Source of the DNA: Patescibacteria group bacterium
GTDB lineage: Bacteria; Patescibacteriota; Microgenomatia; 2-02-FULL-39-11
Direction of reading: 5' to 3'
DNA: 64,000 nucleotides
Assembly (NCBI GenBank): GCA_023379265.1
Contig: JAMCUI010000012.1
Coordinates: forward strand, 27,936 to 91,935
The notes beneath the pieces are model-generated. The model did no database searches and was not told the DNA's origin. It saw only the letters and a program-made list of their open reading frames with translations. The translations under genes and the position numbers were made by a program. Shown one piece after another: positions 61,070-64,000 of this stretch (its first letter is position 1; each line of letters starts with the position of its first letter).

Positions 61070-62025
61070 TTACTTTACCTTTTCCAAATATTTCTTCATC
61101 ACCCAACTTCTAACGTCATGAGGATGAAAACGGATATAATGCGGAGAAACCACTTCAGAAGTTAATCTGCCTTTCATATACCAAATTTGCAGAGACATAA
61201 ACAAACTCTCAAACATCCTAAAAATTGAGAGAATAATTTTTGCGAAAAAAGTATCCCGTTCTTCCCTCTTTCCTCTTATCTTTCTTATATTCTTCCAGTC
61301 AACAGCATTGGGTAAAAACTTTTCCGCCCAAATATTTTCCTTCATAAACACAAAGTAGGTATCACTTTTTTCCCAGAGAGGTACCAACTGGACAACTTCA
61401 TGAGCTGCAAATAGATCTCTTTCATTTTTGGCAAGCTGTAAATAACCTGCTTCCATAAACATATTCAAACAAATCTTATTCTTTATTTTTCTCCCCCTTC
61501 TTTTCCTCCTTTGTCCCAAAATACCAAAAAGGATTGTCGACAAAAATCTAGTCAACCAAAGACATCCGGAAGAAGAAATAATAATAAAATCGATATCATC
61601 ATCCATATCGGCATTCTGCAGTGCCAATGCTCCTGTGACGCCAACCAACATTATACTTGGAATATACCGTAATATATTTGCCGCCTATCGGCATTCTGCA
61701 GTGCCAATGCTCCTGTGACGCCAACCAACATTATACTTGGAATATACCGTAATATATTTGCCGCCTTTCCCGCGATTTCCATTTTTGTTCCCGACCAGCT
61801 CTCTCTTTTTTTTCTCAAGTCTACTAACTTTTTTCTACCATTCAGGAAAAACATACCATCTTTGTTTCCTAGCCAATTATGATTTTTTAGAGATTTTTCG
61901 ACTGCGCGTTGTGAAGACTTTATTCCGATAAGATATTTGTATATTTCATCAGCTCTCAAGGGATAGCTGAAAATGTCAGCATACGAGAGAGTTCTTAAGA
62001 TAGCATCTATAAGTCTCTGGGGCAT
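61070..62025 (-). CDS. Nucleotidyltransferase-like protein split by an 80-nt duplication (one gene of about 291 aa)
   Basis: TLSYADIFSYPL, TGALA, DDIDFIII, CLNMF. Removing one 80-nt copy joins the two ORFs into 876 nt. Confidence 0.75.
61607..61766. repeat. Perfect 80-nt tandem duplication
   Basis: 61607-61686 is identical to 61687-61766. Confidence 0.95.
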
Positions 62026-62129
62026 AAGTATATAAAAAGCAGGCAGAAGAGATTATACTAGAAAAAACAAAATTGGAATACTAAATCAGCAGGATTAGTA
62101 AACTAATATGGATAGACTAAGAATAGAAA

Positions 62130-63851
62130 TTATTGTGAAGCGGAACTGATGCCAAATCTTGTGAATATCTGTTTGAATCCGTTATCCGCTGTTTTGAATG
62201 CCGTTTCGGGACTGGTACCCTGAGAGAGTGAATTGACAGCGTCCTTGAGATATTTTATCAGGCTTGAATCTATACCAGTATCCCCGTCATTAGTCCTTTC
62301 AGCAAGATAAAAAGACTTCATTGTCGGAGCCTCTGTGATAAGAGGTGCAATATACGGGTTGCTAGACAATTCCTTGCCCAAATCCACCCGAGAATAAGGC
62401 TCGCCGAAAAGCTGTCTTTGCTGCGCTTGGGCAGTATAAAGTTTTTTCATCGTATCCGCTTGGGAAAGATATTTGAGAAAGTCCCACGCGGCTTCAGAAT
62501 TCTTACTTTTGGAAGAAACACCTTCCACCCAATACGTCGCCCAGTTCACGGATTGACATGGCGGTTTATCACATGGTAACTGCGGCACGGACGCCGTCTT
62601 AAACTGCAAGCCGGTATTTTTTGCCAGTTGTTGTATGGCAAAAATCTGCCAGCTGGGCGCAATCACCATCGCCACTTTACCTCCGGCAAAAGCAACCACA
62701 GAGTTATCCAAAGTGTCATCCCAAGAGTTATTCGGAGCCTCAGAAAACTTATGATAAAAGGTCAAGGCATCTGTTGCACAAGTAGTGCTGGAAGGATCGG
62801 CACAAGCAAAAAGCGATTTGACCATTTGCGTACCATTTTGTAACATCATAAGTCCCAGTATGTCACTGAAATTTTCGATATTTTCGGCAGTCCCCAAAGC
62901 GATAGCCGAAGTGACTATTTTATTATCCTGCTTTACGGTCAGTTTCGGTACGGCATTTTGCACATCATCCCAAGTGACAGGCACAGGCACATTGGCGCCT
63001 TTTAATATGCTTTCGTTATAAATAAGCATCAATCCATCAATTTCTAGAGGTATGCCGTAATAATTCCCGCCAACTTTCAGATCGTCTGAAGCCACATGAT
63101 AAAACGTCTTGTCATATTCTGCGTCGGAATAGACGGTCTTTGGCATGGGAGAAAGGTAATTTATCATCATGGGTATCCAAGTATTGTGGAAGCGGTAAAT
63201 ATCCGGACCATCACCACGGTCTATGGCTGCCTGCAATCTTTCCCTGTACTGCTTCTGATCTTGCCTAATATAATCTATAGTAATGTTTGGATGTGACTTC
63301 TGATAAGAATCAATGATCGGCTGCATGACAGATTTATCTTCCCAAAGTCCCCAATAAGTCAGCTTTATATTCTGGGCAACCGGCTTATTGTTTCTTTTCC
63401 CCAGAACCGCCATAAAAATAAATGCTACGACAAAAAGGATTATCAACACAGCAAAAACAATTATCATGACTTTCTTTTTCCCATCTTCCTCATATGGCGA
63501 ATACATACCATTGCCGGATCCGGCGGAAGGGTAACTACCACCCGGCTGACCTGGTCCAACATTTTCAGAGGTAATTTGCGGCTGTGACGGATATGGCTCT
63601 TGGCCGGGCACATCCGTCTGCTGTGAAAACTCTTCCGGAGCAGCGGCGCTTCCGTATGATCCCTCCTGGTATTGACCTGCTGCGTTGTCTTTTGCCTCTT
63701 CCGGAGCAGCAGCAGCTTCATATGCTGACTCCTCTCTATTGTTGAAAATCTCGCCTGCGGGCTGAGGGCTTTGCGACTGGTTACCTTGTGGATTTTGGTT
63801 CTGGTCGCCTATCGGATTTTGGCTCAAATTATCTTTTGGTAAATTATCCAT
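62130..63851 (-). CDS. Sugar-type ABC extracellular solute-binding protein with a long disordered N-terminus and TM anchor
   Basis: LTYWG, GPDI, YGIPL..DGL.LIYN, FAGGKVAM, AAWDFLKYL. Confidence 0.85.
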   Translation of the reverse strand: MDNLPKDNLSQNPIGDQNQNPQGNQSQSPQPAGEIFNNREESAYEAAAAPEEAKDNAAGQYQEGSYGSAAAPEEFSQQTDVPGQEPYPSQPQITSENVGPGQPGGSYPSAGSGNGMYSPYEEDGKKKVMIIVFAVLIILFVVAFIFMAVLGKRNNKPVAQNIKLTYWGLWEDKSVMQPIIDSYQKSHPNITIDYIRQDQKQYRERLQAAIDRGDGPDIYRFHNTWIPMMINYLSPMPKTVYSDAEYDKTFYHVASDDLKVGGNYYGIPLEIDGLMLIYNESILKGANVPVPVTWDDVQNAVPKLTVKQDNKIVTSAIALGTAENIENFSDILGLMMLQNGTQMVKSLFACADPSSTTCATDALTFYHKFSEAPNNSWDDTLDNSVVAFAGGKVAMVIAPSWQIFAIQQLAKNTGLQFKTASVPQLPCDKPPCQSVNWATYWVEGVSSKSKNSEAAWDFLKYLSQADTMKKLYTAQAQQRQLFGEPYSRVDLGKELSSNPYIAPLITEAPTMKSFYLAERTNDGDTGIDSSLIKYLKDAVNSLSQGTSPETAFKTADNGFKQIFTRFGISSASQ

Positions 63852-64000
63852 CCTTATGTTATGATAACCGCAACATTAGCTATGGTCAAGGAAAAAAAAT
63901 CCTCCAAACACGGTAGATTTTTCCGTCTAAAATTCACCTTTTCTTTCTTTACTTTACTGGCAATTTTTATGGCTGCTGCAGCTGCAGCATTCATTTATAC

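Noticed and set aside
63854-63994. 46-aa minus-strand ORF with an Ala run (MNAAAAAAIK...) as a leader peptide
   Set aside because: No terminator or antiterminator follows, it overlaps the promoter of the next gene, and its context is cut by the window edge.

Overview
AT-rich bacterial chromosome segment. Gene content and style fit a Patescibacteria/CPR, Microgenomates-like genome (inference): compact alaS and metG, sortases, LCP, FemABX, an AMP-phosphorylase-like enzyme, pilN/pilO and many Pro/Thr-rich secreted proteins. The housekeeping backbone includes hrcA-grpE-dnaK-dnaJ, groES-groEL, rpsT, tpiA, murJ, mltG, two UvrD helicases, rmuC, tatD and several glycosyltransferases. The strongest signals are non-coding or shorter than the ORF-track cut-off. 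(1) A Met-rich leader peptide (MTIQSSVMMDMMLAS) with full 1:2, 2:3 and 3:4 attenuator pairings precedes a SAM-hydrolase-like/cupin/metG operon. (2) A Thr/Ile leader-peptide attenuator precedes an ACT-less aspartate kinase and a homoserine dehydrogenase. (3) An Ala T-box precedes alaS. (4) An unlisted 57-aa DUF2292/YezD-like ORF and a twice-repeated RNA hairpin (CCGACCGCAAACGGA) that overlaps intrinsic terminators may form an antitermination switch. It sits in a sortase and glycosyltransferase locus with three paralogous secreted Asn/Thr/Gly-repeat proteins, a putative surface fibre. Three surface-protein genes are also followed by a short echo of their own 3' end that stops exactly at the stop codon. 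There is an orphan third CIRCE. Two perfect frameshifting tandem duplications (dnaK and a nucleotidyltransferase-like gene) are probably assembly errors. No rRNA, tRNA, CRISPR array or transposase was recognised. All family assignments are motif recognition by eye; no searches were run.
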